This document shows positions 1-10,701 of a stretch of DNA of 64,000 nucleotides, piece after piece. The position numbers and the translations under genes were made by a program. Each line of letters opens with the position of its first letter. Within the stretch, counting starts at the first letter, position 1. The notes beneath the pieces are model-generated. The model made no database searches. It saw nothing but the letters and a program-made list of their open reading frames with translations, and was not told where the DNA came from. The DNA comes from an uncultured virus (IMG/VR IMGVR_UViG_3300040957_000063) (lineage: Duplodnaviria; Heunggongvirae; Uroviricota; Caudoviricetes): IMG/VR virus record IMGVR_UViG_3300040957_000063; one strand, written 5' to 3'.

Positions 1-1
1 A

Positions 2-3000
2 GCTGTATTAGATTTAGCCCAATCATTTAGTGGAATTCAAACATTCACAGCCAAGCCAGTTATCAATATAAGTGGAAGTGGCTCGGTACTCGACTTATAC
101 AATCCAGCAAATACTCATTATTACACACTAACCACAGGAGCTATAGGTGGCAATTATGCGTTAAATCTGCCAGTTATTACAGGAGCAGACACATTAGCAG
201 TATTAGGATTAGCGCAAACCTTCTCTACACAACAAACTTTCGGTGCTGGAATAGCACTTTCTAACTCTCAAGCTATAGCGTTCGGCACGGGCGGAACTAT
301 CACATTTACTGACCATACAGCCATTATAGGTACTTCCAGCAACTATGTTGCAACCGCTTACTTTAATAACATCACATTCGAAGGTGGTTCAGCACAATTA
401 GCTGGCACTTATGAAATAGCTGGTTCTCCAACGGTTTACTCAACACTTGCGTTCAACGGTACTGCTCTTAATATTGGAGCGGCGGGTGCATACCCAGCTA
501 TAGTATATACGAATGCCCTCACAGGTGAAGGCACAACTCCAACCATTACAGGATTTAATTTAGCTGGCACTTACAATATTGGTGGTACTCCTACAGTTAC
601 AGTCAATTTAGCAGTAAACGGTACAACCTTAGTATTAGGGTCAAGTACAAATTACTTCGCTACAGGATACTTTAACGCTCTTACTGGCGAAGGCACTACT
701 CCAACTATCACAGGGTTCTCACTTGCTGGCACCTATAATATCGGTGGCACACCTACAGTAACAGCCAGCGTAGCCGTTTCAGGTACAAGCCTTAATTTAG
801 GTGCGGCTGGTGCTTATTTCGCTAATATTTACGGAAACGTATTTACATTCGAAGGCGGAAGTGCTGGTTTAGCTGGAACATACAACATCGGCGGTACTCC
901 AACTGTCTCAGTTAACTTAGCTGTAAACGGTACAACTTTGGTGTTAGGTTCAAGCACAAACTATTTCGCCACAGGATATTTCAACGCTTTAACAGGTGAG
1001 GGAACAACACCAACAATAACAGGCTTCAGTTTAGCTGGAACATACAACATTGGTGGCACACCTACATTAACCGCTGGTTTAGCTCTTAACTCACAGACAT
1101 TATCAGGAACAGCAACCTTTAGCGGAGTAATAACATTCACAGCCGAACCAATCATAAACATTAGCGGTAGCGGTGCCGTCTTACGATTATACAATCCAGC
1201 CAATAGTTACTACTACACACTAACTACAGGAGCAATAGCGGCAAGTCACGCTTTGAATCTACCAGTAATAACAGCGGACGACACAATAGAAGTATTAGGT
1301 TTAGCTCAAACTATTTCAGCAATAAAAACTTTCACAGCAAAGCCAGTAATAAACGTAAGTGGAAGCGGTAATGTTCTTGACCTATACAATCCAGCCAACA
1401 CTTATATCTATACGATAGTAACATCAGCTATTGCCGCAAGTTACACATTAACTCTGCCATTAATAACTGCCAACGACACGATAGATGTTTTAGGTCTTGC
1501 ACAAACATTTTCAGCCGCTAAGACTTTTGGTGCTGGATTATCTCTCTCAAATTCACAGGCTATTGCCTTTGGAACAGGCGGAAGCATCACTTTTACCGAC
1601 CATACAGCTATAATAGGTTCTGCAAGTAACTATGTTGCTACAGAATATCTTAACGCCCTTACAGGTGAAGGAACTACTCCGACAATAACAGGTATGTCCT
1701 TAGCTGGAACCTATAATATAGGCGGAACACCTACTGTAACAGCTAACTTAGCAGTTAACGGTACAACTCTTGTACTCGGTAGCTCGTCAGCTTACTTTGC
1801 AACAGCTTATTTCAATGCTCTTACAGCAGAGGGTACTACACCAGCCATAACAGGATTTTCATTAGCTGGAACCTATAATATAGGTGGCACACCAACCGTA
1901 ACAGTTAACGTAGCCGTTTCTGGCACAACCCTAAACTTAGGTGGAGCGGCGGCATATTTCGCTCTTATTTACGCTGGTGGATTAACTCTTGAAGGAACGC
2001 CCTCAATATTATGGACAGGAACAGCGGGTGCTATTGGGTCTGCATCAGCATATCCAGCTAACATTTATGGAAATACATTAACTTTTGAAGGGGCAAGTGC
2101 GGCTTTAGCTGGTACATATAATATTGGTGGTTCTCCAACTCTTAATGCTACTTTAGCCCTTAATTCTCAAACACTATCAGGCGCGGGTACATTCTCAGGT
2201 GCGATTAACTTTACAGATAGCGGGATTGCTGTAATTGCTTTAACTTGTACACCAGCCGCTTTTTCAGCTCCAGGTGCGGCTGGGTTAACATACAGTACAG
2301 TAAAAATTAATGGTGTAACATTTACAGATGCAACACAAACTACAGTAACGGCTATACATGGAATGGGTATATGGCTCGCTAACTCAACAATTAACCAAAG
2401 TGGCGGTGCTGTAACAATTACTGAAGCTGACACTCTTTATATTGCTGGTGCTCCATCTGCTGGTTCATCTGTTACAATTACTTCCGCTTATTCTTTATAT
2501 ATAGCGGGTGGGGTAGCCTATTTTGGTGCATCAGCGACTTTTGCGGCTGGATTATCAGTTTCCAACTCACAGGCGATTGCTTTTGGTACAGGCGGTTCTA
2601 TTACATTTACTGACCATACAGCTACAATAGGAACTTCAAGTAACTATGTAGCTACTCTTTATGTTAATACCATAAGTTTTGAAGGTACACCATCCATAAA
2701 TTGGCAAGGTACAGGAACAGCTTTGTTTGCGGCGGCAGTTTATCCATCTACAATTTACGCTGGTGGATTAACTCTTGAAGGAACGCCCTCAATATTATGG
2801 ACAGGAACAGCGGGGGCTATTGGTTCAGCGGCGGCTTACCCAGCTACAATTTATACTAATGCATTGACAGGCGAAGGCTCAACTCCTACAATAACTGGAA
2901 TGTCCTTAGCTGGAACATATAACATAGGCGGTACTCCAACTTTAACTGTAACTCTGGCATTAGGAAGTCAAACATTATCTGGCACTCCAACTTTTAGCGG

Positions 3001-3847
3001 TGCAGTAACATTCACAGCCGAGCCAATTATCAACATTAGCGGAAGTGGAGCAGTTTTACAACTATGGAACCCAGCCAACACTCATTACTACACATTAACT
3101 ACGGGAGCAATTGGAGCAAATTATGTATTAAACATTCCTGTTATAACGGCGGCTGACACTCTTGCTACTTTGGGTCTTGCACAAACATTTACTGCTATTC
3201 AAACTATACAGTTGGCTCAAGCAGAGCTTATAATAAATAGTACAACATCTGGCAACCAATCCTATATAGAACTTGAAAACTCTGCGAGTGGTTATATAGG
3301 TTACTTAGGAATAGTTGCTACTGCTGGTCAGTTAGCCACAGCGAGTGTTGTTGGTGATGTGGTACTTAGAAGCAATAGTGCTGGAATATTACTTGCTACT
3401 TCAACTACAGAATTAGCTTATTTTAATCAGAATGGAAACTTACTTGTTAGTGGAACGGTTCAGATTGGTGCAGTTGCAAATACAACTGCTCATGCAGCTT
3501 ATGTTTCAGGTGCTACAAGCGCACAAGTTGGTTACAATACTTCATGCTTACGATTTAAAGATAACATAGTATCCATAGAAGATAGTTCATGGATTTACAA
3601 TTTAAGACCTGTAGAGTTTGATTGGAAAGACCCTGAGAGAAGTAAGAGGGAAGGTAGGATGATCGGTCTTATAGCAGAAGAAGTACAGGCTCTATATCCA
3701 AAGATATGTGAGTACGAGAAGGGAGAACTTACAGGGTTACACTATGAATGGTTAGCTGTTCCAATGATCGTAGAGATGAAGAAACTTAGAGACAGAGTAA
3801 AAGAGCTTGAGGGTAAAGTTAACGAACTAACTAACCGTAAGGTTTAA
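2..3847 (+). CDS. Long tail fibre/spike protein (5'-partial), Gly/Thr/Ala-rich repeats, C-terminal intramolecular chaperone (Peptidase S74-like) domain
   Basis: The frame of ORF 938..3847 continues upstream to base 2 with the same repeats (LAGTYNIGGTPT, LTGEGTTPTITG, LYNPAN). The C-terminus TSCLRFKDNI...LRPVEFDWK...GLIAEEV...LHYEWL plus a coiled coil is the typical fibre autochaperone. Confidence 0.85.
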   Translation, partial: AVLDLAQSFSGIQTFTAKPVINISGSGSVLDLYNPANTHYYTLTTGAIGGNYALNLPVITGADTLAVLGLAQTFSTQQTFGAGIALSNSQAIAFGTGGTITFTDHTAIIGTSSNYVATAYFNNITFEGGSAQLAGTYEIAGSPTVYSTLAFNGTALNIGAAGAYPAIVYTNALTGEGTTPTITGFNLAGTYNIGGTPTVTVNLAVNGTTLVLGSSTNYFATGYFNALTGEGTTPTITGFSLAGTYNIGGTPTVTASVAVSGTSLNLGAAGAYFANIYGNVFTFEGGSAGLAGTYNIGGTPTVSVNLAVNGTTLVLGSSTNYFATGYFNALTGEGTTPTITGFSLAGTYNIGGTPTLTAGLALNSQTLSGTATFSGVITFTAEPIINISGSGAVLRLYNPANSYYYTLTTGAIAASHALNLPVITADDTIEVLGLAQTISAIKTFTAKPVINVSGSGNVLDLYNPANTYIYTIVTSAIAASYTLTLPLITANDTIDVLGLAQTFSAAKTFGAGLSLSNSQAIAFGTGGSITFTDHTAIIGSASNYVATEYLNALTGEGTTPTITGMSLAGTYNIGGTPTVTANLAVNGTTLVLGSSSAYFATAYFNALTAEGTTPAITGFSLAGTYNIGGTPTVTVNVAVSGTTLNLGGAAAYFALIYAGGLTLEGTPSILWTGTAGAIGSASAYPANIYGNTLTFEGASAALAGTYNIGGSPTLNATLALNSQTLSGAGTFSGAINFTDSGIAVIALTCTPAAFSAPGAAGLTYSTVKINGVTFTDATQTTVTAIHGMGIWLANSTINQSGGAVTITEADTLYIAGAPSAGSSVTITSAYSLYIAGGVAYFGASATFAAGLSVSNSQAIAFGTGGSITFTDHTATIGTSSNYVATLYVNTISFEGTPSINWQGTGTALFAAAVYPSTIYAGGLTLEGTPSILWTGTAGAIGSAAAYPATIYTNALTGEGSTPTITGMSLAGTYNIGGTPTLTVTLALGSQTLSGTPTFSGAVTFTAEPIINISGSGAVLQLWNPANTHYYTLTTGAIGANYVLNIPVITAADTLATLGLAQTFTAIQTIQLAQAELIINSTTSGNQSYIELENSASGYIGYLGIVATAGQLATASVVGDVVLRSNSAGILLATSTTELAYFNQNGNLLVSGTVQIGAVANTTAHAAYVSGATSAQVGYNTSCLRFKDNIVSIEDSSWIYNLRPVEFDWKDPERSKREGRMIGLIAEEVQALYPKICEYEKGELTGLHYEWLAVPMIVEMKKLRDRVKELEGKVNELTNRKV

Positions 3848-3904
3848 ATACTCGACTATGTTATTAATAACTAAATGTCTTTAAAAAGGTGGTGACCGTA
3901 AAGT

Positions 3905-4174
3905 ATGAGTAACAATCCAAGTAATCAAACCCAACAGCCCCCAACTAAGGAACAGGAAGCATTAGCCGAATTCAATAACGCTCTTGCCCTTATTCAAGCA
4001 TCTGGAACAACTTTGAACAACGTTGTAAAATCTCTTCAACAAGGCGCAAACGCAATGTTAGCGGGAAATAAGGAAAAAGACGCTAAAATTGCCGAGCTAA
4101 CTGCAAGAGTAAAAGACCTTGAAGCATTGGTTCCCGCCGAGTTGAAGAAGAAAGAGGCAGAACCTAAGAAATAA
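3905..4174 (+). CDS. Small coiled-coil protein downstream of the tail fibre
   Basis: TATA box (tttaaata near 3843) and GGTGA RBS upstream; heptad pattern KIAELTARVKDLEA. Confidence 0.6.
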   Translation: MSNNPSNQTQQPPTKEQEALAEFNNALALIQASGTTLNNVVKSLQQGANAMLAGNKEKDAKIAELTARVKDLEALVPAELKKKEAEPKK

Positions 4175-4214
4175 TAGTGCCTAAAATAATCCATTTTTTC
4201 TAATGTGATAATCA

Positions 4215-4697
4215 ATGGGAATTGGTAAACCAAGAACTATTAACCCAAAATGTAGGGTATGTGGCGAAGTCCTTACTGAAAAGAATTGGTATTGGTATTT
4301 TAATGAATCACGAGACCATATTAGTTTAATATGTAAAACTTGTTGGTGCAAACGAAAAAGAGATTGGAATAAAAATAATCCTTTAAAAGCTAAAGCAATA
4401 ACTCATAGAGCGCATTTAAACCATAAGGAAGAAGACAGAGAAAAAAACTATTTAAGAAGTTATGGTATTACAATAAAAGATTATAATGAACTTTTCTTAA
4501 AACAAGATGGTAAATGTGCTGTTTGTGGTAGTGAAACAGTTGGAAGAAAAACAGATAAGAATTTTATTATTGACCACGACCATAAAACAGGAAAAGTAAG
4601 AGGATTACTTTGTCATAAATGTAATGCTATACTTGGTATGGCTCAAGATAATATAAAAATTTTTGAGGAAGCAATAGAATATTTGAGGCGAACTTAA
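4215..4697 (+). CDS. Endonuclease VII-like HNH endonuclease
   Basis: YGITIKDY...QDGKCAVC...DHDHKTGKVRGLLCHKCN motif. Confidence 0.85.
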   Translation: MGIGKPRTINPKCRVCGEVLTEKNWYWYFNESRDHISLICKTCWCKRKRDWNKNNPLKAKAITHRAHLNHKEEDREKNYLRSYGITIKDYNELFLKQDGKCAVCGSETVGRKTDKNFIIDHDHKTGKVRGLLCHKCNAILGMAQDNIKIFEEAIEYLRRT

Positions 4698-6244
4698 TGA
4701 CACGGTATTCAGCCTATGTAGGGACCGCAAGGGTGGATGAAAGCTGGGTGGACCTCATAGTAGATTTAATTATTACAGATGCCCTCGATACCCTTTTTAA
4801 GGAACTAAAAATAGACAGAACCGAATCAGTTGATGTTTTATTTAAGAAATTGAAGATAGACCGAACTGATTCTGTAGATGTTCTTTTTAAGAAAACCAAG
4901 ATTTCGGTAACTGACCACGCGGATGTTCTATTTAAGAAACTGAAGATAACCGACCAAACCCATATAGATGCGATACTTAAAAAATTAAAAGAAATTGAAA
5001 CCGAATCTATAGATACATTGCTCAAGAAAAAAGGCGTAATAAAAACAGACTCAATCGATGTTTTACTCAAGAAGTTCAAAATTACTAAAGCCGAACCTTT
5101 AGATGTTCTATTTAAACGGTTAGGAATAACTCGAACAGACTCAATAGATGCTTTGTTCAAAAAGTTAAAAATAATCAGAACCGACTCAATAGACGTTTTG
5201 TTTGCAAGGATATACGCCAACACAGATTTGCTTGATGTTTTATTTAAAGAGTTGAAAATAACCAAGACCAATTCTATTGATATGTTACTTGCAAGTTTAA
5301 AAACTAATGCGACTCTGATTGATGTTAGATTTAAACGGTTTGGAGTAACCAGACAAGACTCAATAGATACGGTATTTAAGAAATTTGACATAACTGAAAC
5401 TGAATCTATTGATGTTTTACTCAAGAAGTTGGGTATTACAGTTGTAGATTCAATTGATACTATTTTCAAAAAACAGGGCATTCCACTTACGAATCTTGCA
5501 GATGTTATGCTCAAAAAGTATGGTGTACCACAGACTTATGCAATTGATGTTTTAGAAAAACATTTTGGAATAATGAAGCCTTACTCAATTGATGCTATAC
5601 TTAGTGTTGCATTTTACTCGGTTAAATACGATATTGACGCTATTTTGGAAAAGGATGAGATTCCAATATCGTTCGCAATTGACGTTATACTCCAAGCAAT
5701 AGTTTCGCGTATTGGCGGTGGTCACCCAGACGAAATAGACTATCCTAAAATTAAAGTGAAATATATAGACTTTGACTATCATATTTCAGTTAATACCCTC
5801 AAGACAATGACACAAGTTAATCATCTGATTAAAACTATAGAACTTAGGCTTGGGTCCCCAAAGAACAAATCTGAATCTCCACCAGTAAAGGAATTAAAAG
5901 TGGCTGGAACCGAAGAATTTGGGTTAAAAACTAAATCATTAAGGGTAAAAGGAGATTTTAAAACACGAGCTAAAGTTGGCTCTTTACAAGTTGTTTCATC
6001 ATTTTCTAAATTTGTTGAAACAAATCAAATGTCTGTTGCAAAGGAATCTTCTAAAAAAGTAGATGCTGAACCGCTTGATATAGTAAAGGTAGAAACAATC
6101 TCGGCTATTCTCTCTCAGTTAGACTTGATTGAAGAATATTCTTGTTTTGTTGGTAGCTCGCCTCTTGAATTAAGGGTAAAGCCTGATAAAAGAAAAGTAA
6201 TATTGGACCTTCTCAGTAAACTGGACGAAATTGATGATTTTTAA
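4697..6244 (+). CDS. Tandem 15-aa repeat protein, probably structural
   Basis: About 21 copies of T-D-S-I-D-V-L-F-K-K-L-x-I-T-x in the first ~335 aa. Confidence 0.6.
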   Translation: MTRYSAYVGTARVDESWVDLIVDLIITDALDTLFKELKIDRTESVDVLFKKLKIDRTDSVDVLFKKTKISVTDHADVLFKKLKITDQTHIDAILKKLKEIETESIDTLLKKKGVIKTDSIDVLLKKFKITKAEPLDVLFKRLGITRTDSIDALFKKLKIIRTDSIDVLFARIYANTDLLDVLFKELKITKTNSIDMLLASLKTNATLIDVRFKRFGVTRQDSIDTVFKKFDITETESIDVLLKKLGITVVDSIDTIFKKQGIPLTNLADVMLKKYGVPQTYAIDVLEKHFGIMKPYSIDAILSVAFYSVKYDIDAILEKDEIPISFAIDVILQAIVSRIGGGHPDEIDYPKIKVKYIDFDYHISVNTLKTMTQVNHLIKTIELRLGSPKNKSESPPVKELKVAGTEEFGLKTKSLRVKGDFKTRAKVGSLQVVSSFSKFVETNQMSVAKESSKKVDAEPLDIVKVETISAILSQLDLIEEYSCFVGSSPLELRVKPDKRKVILDLLSKLDEIDDF

Positions 6245-6301
6245 TCACCTGATTAAGTACGCCCGTAACCTTTATAAGGAAGACCGTGGTAGTATTATAA
6301 A

Positions 6302-8308
6302 GTGAATGTTATGTCATACTCTCAAGAAAAAGCTGATTTACAAAATCAAATGGACCAATTTCTTCAAACTTCAAAAGGAAAGAAATATATTGATGATTTC
6401 ATCTCTGGTAGAACAAAGAACATAGTTCTTGATTTAGGGGACATATCTGACTATCAGGTAGGAGTCGCCCAGAACATAATCGAAAACGCCTCAAGATATG
6501 CTATTTCTGCTATTGAAGATGCAATTATCAGCCATATTGTAATGTATTTTGGTCAAGATAAAATTGAGCGAAATCAAATAAGCCTAAGTGGAAATCTTCC
6601 GTTAACTTTGATTCACGAAGCTGGCGCGATTGATATTGGTCATATTGTTCGAATTCACGGGATTGTAAATAAAACTGCTCCGATTCGCCCTATGTATGTG
6701 CAAGCAGTTTTTAAATGTCCGTTATGTGGTGCCGACTCTCAGCCTATTGTTCAAGATAATCCGTGGAAATTAACGTTACCGTTCCCAAAATGTGAAGAAT
6801 GTGACGAACGGGTTGTTTGGGAACCAGCACCACAACTTAGTGAATTAAAGGATAGCCAAGAATTCACCGTTCAAGAATCATATGATGATATTCCTTCTAA
6901 CAAGATGCCCAGACCAATACGGTGCATCACGTTCAAAAAGAACCTTATGAACACGGTAAACTGTGGTGATGATTTAGATGCTGTTTGTGTTGTAAATGCA
7001 ATGTTGGCTTCTCAGAAGTTCACCAAGACCAAATTTAACGTAATTTATATGGAAGTTCTTTCCATTACTAAAAAACGTAAAGACCCAGAATCAATAGTGT
7101 TTACGCCCGAAGAAGAACTTCAAATCACCGAGTTAGCTAAAGACCCAGACATCTATACAAAGATGATTGGCTCTCTTTCGCCATCACTTTATGGTCACGA
7201 AAATGAAAAAGAAGCCGTTTTGTTAGCGATATTTGGTTCTCCCGAAGAGGTTAGAGAAGATGTTACCATAAGAGGCAACATTCATATTTTAATGGTCGGA
7301 GACCCAGCTACGGCTAAAAGCCAACTTCTGCGTTCGGCTGTAGAGCTTTCACCGCGAGGAATGTATGCTTTGGGTCGAGGAACAACTGCGGCTGGATTAA
7401 CGGCGGCTCTCCACAAAGAAAACGATACTGGTGAATGGGAAATTTCTGCTGGTGTTTTAGTTTTAGCAGATGAAGGTGTAGCGGCAATAGATGAAATTGA
7501 CAAAATGCGTGATGAAGACCGAGTTAACATCCACGAAGCAATGGAACAGCAAACAGTCTCAATAGATAAAGCTGGTTACCACATTCAAATGAAGGCAAGG
7601 ACAGCAGTTATAGCGGCGGCTAATCCAAGTTTAGGACGATACGATGTGCATAAGTCGGTTTTCGAAAATTTACCAAAGTTTCCACCAAGTCTATTTAGCA
7701 GATTTGACCTTATATTCAAGGTGCTTGACATTCCAAACGAAGAAACTGATATGAAAGTTGTAACTCATATAATGGATAATACATCTAAAAAATCTCCGAT
7801 AGACCGTACACTTTTGAGAAAGTATATTGCTTACTCTAAAAGAATAAAGCCTACTCTTTCAAATGAGGCAATTACCGCTATGAAAAATTATTTTGTTGTT
7901 ATAAGAAAAACTTACACAAATGATAACAGGGTTCTTCCATTTTCATTTAGACAGTTTGAAGCATTGAAACGGTTAACGTTGGCACGGGCACGAGCACTTC
8001 TTAAAACTGAAGCTGACATAACAGATGTTACAGCTATGAAACGGTTGTTTGATGTATTTAGACATGATACATTAAATGATGATGCAGATGCAATGAATAA
8101 TGACATACCTACATCTCAAGCTGGTTTTATGAAAATTATACTTGAGGCATTTAAAAATCACGATATGACCGAAAATGATATGAAAAATACTGTTCGTTGT
8201 GACGATGAAATTATGTTTAGAAAAGCATTTACAAAATTACGCTCTGAAAATATGATAATGATGAAGGGCGTAGCTCTTAATGGTCAGGAAGTGTATGGAA
8301 TACCTTGA
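6302..8308 (+). CDS. mcm: MCM replicative helicase
   Basis: Zn finger CPLC/CEEC, Walker A GDPATAKSQ, AAGLTAA, Walker B IDEIDKM, HEAMEQQTVSIDKAG, Arg finger SRFD. Confidence 0.97.
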   Translation: MNVMSYSQEKADLQNQMDQFLQTSKGKKYIDDFISGRTKNIVLDLGDISDYQVGVAQNIIENASRYAISAIEDAIISHIVMYFGQDKIERNQISLSGNLPLTLIHEAGAIDIGHIVRIHGIVNKTAPIRPMYVQAVFKCPLCGADSQPIVQDNPWKLTLPFPKCEECDERVVWEPAPQLSELKDSQEFTVQESYDDIPSNKMPRPIRCITFKKNLMNTVNCGDDLDAVCVVNAMLASQKFTKTKFNVIYMEVLSITKKRKDPESIVFTPEEELQITELAKDPDIYTKMIGSLSPSLYGHENEKEAVLLAIFGSPEEVREDVTIRGNIHILMVGDPATAKSQLLRSAVELSPRGMYALGRGTTAAGLTAALHKENDTGEWEISAGVLVLADEGVAAIDEIDKMRDEDRVNIHEAMEQQTVSIDKAGYHIQMKARTAVIAAANPSLGRYDVHKSVFENLPKFPPSLFSRFDLIFKVLDIPNEETDMKVVTHIMDNTSKKSPIDRTLLRKYIAYSKRIKPTLSNEAITAMKNYFVVIRKTYTNDNRVLPFSFRQFEALKRLTLARARALLKTEADITDVTAMKRLFDVFRHDTLNDDADAMNNDIPTSQAGFMKIILEAFKNHDMTENDMKNTVRCDDEIMFRKAFTKLRSENMIMMKGVALNGQEVYGIP

Positions 8309-9474
8309 AGAAACTTTGCATTGTAGCCCATATCGATAACGCCGATTACTTTCAATGGTATGTAGCCCTTAAAAAATATTCCGAAAAATACGGGGTAGAA
8401 ACATCTTTTGTTAGTTCAATGCCAGTACAACTAAACATCCATAATGTTTTTACACACGATTCTTTTTGGCAACCTATAAGGGATGCAGACTACGTTTTTA
8501 CATATGCAACAAGACGTAGAACAAGAGCAGAACCTTCAGGAATAAATTGGTGGACTTTGCCCTTATTTGCCAAAACATTTATGAAACCAACCGCGAAGAT
8601 GATTGCTCAGTATGATGATGAATTTATGTGGTTGTTTGACCCCAATCATGTTTGGTGGGACAAAGTACAATGTCCGCCGCCCACAACTGAGCCGCCAGAT
8701 GTATTCTTCAAAAGAACAGGTATATTAGAGATTCCAGACGCACATATCGTAGTAAGAGGAAGACCATTTTCCGATTATACGCGATACACAACTAAACCAG
8801 TATTCAAAGTGCTTTTGCCTCAACTTTATCGATATAGGTTGCAAAAATATTCTGAGAAACACGAATCAAATACAGTAGCTATTATGCTTCATTCCATAAC
8901 AAATTCTTCTATTTCTGGGATATTGGAAAATGTTATCAGACCTAATAATTGGGCGGTAACGATTTTCTCTGGCACTTTAGACAACGATTTAATAGGAAGA
9001 TTTAGGGCAAAAGAAAAACTTCCAGTTAACAGCACAATGTATCCCCGTTTAGATTATGAGTCTTACACCGATTTGCTTTGGAGATATTGCTCAATAGGCT
9101 TAGACGATAATAGTGGCTATCAAGGCTGGTCAAGGTTTGCTATGGAATGTGCAATAACCTATATTCCATGTGTAGGTTCAACAGAAGCCGTTTATGATTT
9201 GTTCCCAGAGCTTTACACCGAGTCACAAGATTACGCAAAACAGGTTAATTTAATCAGTAGATTAAAAACAGACAAAAAGTTCTATCACGAGATGGCTGAA
9301 CTTGGTCATAAACGGGGTTTGGAAATCTTTGACGAAGAAGGATTAGTAAAGACGTTACTTTCTATTTTTGAGAAAATTGGAACGTCTTCTCCTACAGTAA
9401 CTTATAGGGACATTCCTAATCCAAATATGAGCAAATATATTCCAGACCAATTACAGGCTCGTATGCATCCGTAA
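8305..9474 (+). CDS. Putative GT-B-fold glycosyltransferase
   Basis: C-terminal GWSRFAMECAITYIPCVGS resembles the GT-B nucleotide-sugar-binding E-A/C-x-x-x-x-P-x-V segment; lies next to the sugar cluster. Confidence 0.45.
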   Translation: MKKLCIVAHIDNADYFQWYVALKKYSEKYGVETSFVSSMPVQLNIHNVFTHDSFWQPIRDADYVFTYATRRRTRAEPSGINWWTLPLFAKTFMKPTAKMIAQYDDEFMWLFDPNHVWWDKVQCPPPTTEPPDVFFKRTGILEIPDAHIVVRGRPFSDYTRYTTKPVFKVLLPQLYRYRLQKYSEKHESNTVAIMLHSITNSSISGILENVIRPNNWAVTIFSGTLDNDLIGRFRAKEKLPVNSTMYPRLDYESYTDLLWRYCSIGLDDNSGYQGWSRFAMECAITYIPCVGSTEAVYDLFPELYTESQDYAKQVNLISRLKTDKKFYHEMAELGHKRGLEIFDEEGLVKTLLSIFEKIGTSSPTVTYRDIPNPNMSKYIPDQLQARMHP

Positions 9475-9508
9475 CATTTAAATAGTAGTTCATATATATT
9501 TCTTGTAA

Positions 9509-10438
9509 GTGATAGCAATGGGCAAAAATATTCTTGTTACAGGTGGCACAGGATTTCTCGGTAGCCACTTAGTTAAAGACTTAACAAAAGATAACAAAGT
9601 AGTCGTTTTAGTTAGAGACAATATTTCTTCTAAATGGCTGGATGAAGCTCTAAAAGGGGCTATCCTTGTTAAAGGAGATGTATTGGACGATGAACTTGTA
9701 CAGAGGATTTTATCTGACTATTTAATTGAAGAAGTTTATCATTTAGCCGCTCAAGCTGTTCTTAAATCAGTAATTAAAGACCCTTTGACAGCTATCAAAG
9801 TCAATGTGGTAGGCGCGGCATCAGTTTTAGAAGCATGTAGAAGAACAGAAAAAGACATACACATTCTTGTTCAGACTACAGACAAAGTTTATGATTGGTC
9901 CAAAATGTACGTCACAGAAAAAGACCCACTCGGCTCAGTAAACGGTATCTATGAAGCAAGCAAAGTAGCTGAAGATACTATAACACGGGCATACGAGAAC
10001 ATTTTTGGTCTCAACATCAGGATAACAAGACCGAGCAACATCTACGGTTACGACCTCTCAAGCAGAATTATACCCAACACAATAAAAGATTGCCTGAAGG
10101 GTATTAGACCTGTAATTTTCGCGGGACAGGAAAAGATGATTAGAAACTATCTCTACGTTGAAGACTACGTTTCTGCGGTAAAATTGGTAATGGCGCAACC
10201 TAACGGCATATTCAACATAGGCACACCAGACGTTCTAACTCAAGAAGAAACTGTCCAAAAAATAGCCAAGTTGTTCAATTTGGAACCTGTATATAAGGTA
10301 AGGGACAAGCCAATGAAGGAAATACAGGAGCAAGCAGTTAACTACGACAAACTAATGTCTCTCGGATGGAAACCACAGTATTCTTTTGACAGAGGAATAG
10401 CTGAAACTATTGCGAGATTTAAGAGGTATGGGATTTGA
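9509..10438 (+). CDS. NAD-dependent nucleotide-sugar epimerase/dehydratase (extended SDR)
   Basis: ILVTGGTGFLGSH, HLAAQ, TTDKVY, YEASK (YxxxK), RPSNIYG, RNYLYVED. Confidence 0.93.
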   Translation: MIAMGKNILVTGGTGFLGSHLVKDLTKDNKVVVLVRDNISSKWLDEALKGAILVKGDVLDDELVQRILSDYLIEEVYHLAAQAVLKSVIKDPLTAIKVNVVGAASVLEACRRTEKDIHILVQTTDKVYDWSKMYVTEKDPLGSVNGIYEASKVAEDTITRAYENIFGLNIRITRPSNIYGYDLSSRIIPNTIKDCLKGIRPVIFAGQEKMIRNYLYVEDYVSAVKLVMAQPNGIFNIGTPDVLTQEETVQKIAKLFNLEPVYKVRDKPMKEIQEQAVNYDKLMSLGWKPQYSFDRGIAETIARFKRYGI

Positions 10439-10701
10439 AGTTAGAGCAAGCTGACAAAAGAGGATTCGTGCAATCATTCAATCTTGGCGGACAAGAATAT
10501 CTGCTTATTTTCAGTAAAGCTGGCGCACATAGAGGCGGACATACGCACGACTCAACCCAATTCAACATATTGCTGAAAGGCACTATAGAATGGAATGATG
10601 AAGTTCATTCAGCCGTTTTTGAGACAAAAACTTTGCCTAATGTCTTTCACAAAATGGTCTCAGTAACAGATTCTTTGATTTTAGAGTGGCGAGTGAAATA
10701 A
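10435..10701 (+). CDS. Small cupin, sugar isomerase/epimerase-like
   Basis: DKRG...RGGHTH...H cupin motifs; located in the sugar operon. Confidence 0.65.
   Translation: MKLEQADKRGFVQSFNLGGQEYLLIFSKAGAHRGGHTHDSTQFNILLKGTIEWNDEVHSAVFETKTLPNVFHKMVSVTDSLILEWRVK

Noticed and set aside
938..940. TTG start of the 969-aa ORF
   Set aside because: The frame is open to the window edge with the same repeats, so the real start is upstream of the window.
2..3847. Diversity-generating retroelement target
   Set aside because: No reverse transcriptase in the window, and the duplicated segment shows no adenine-specific variation.
4714..5514. 266-aa minus-strand ORF
   Set aside because: Antisense shadow of the 15-aa repeat gene. 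Most other minus-strand ORFs in the track are likewise shadows of + strand genes.
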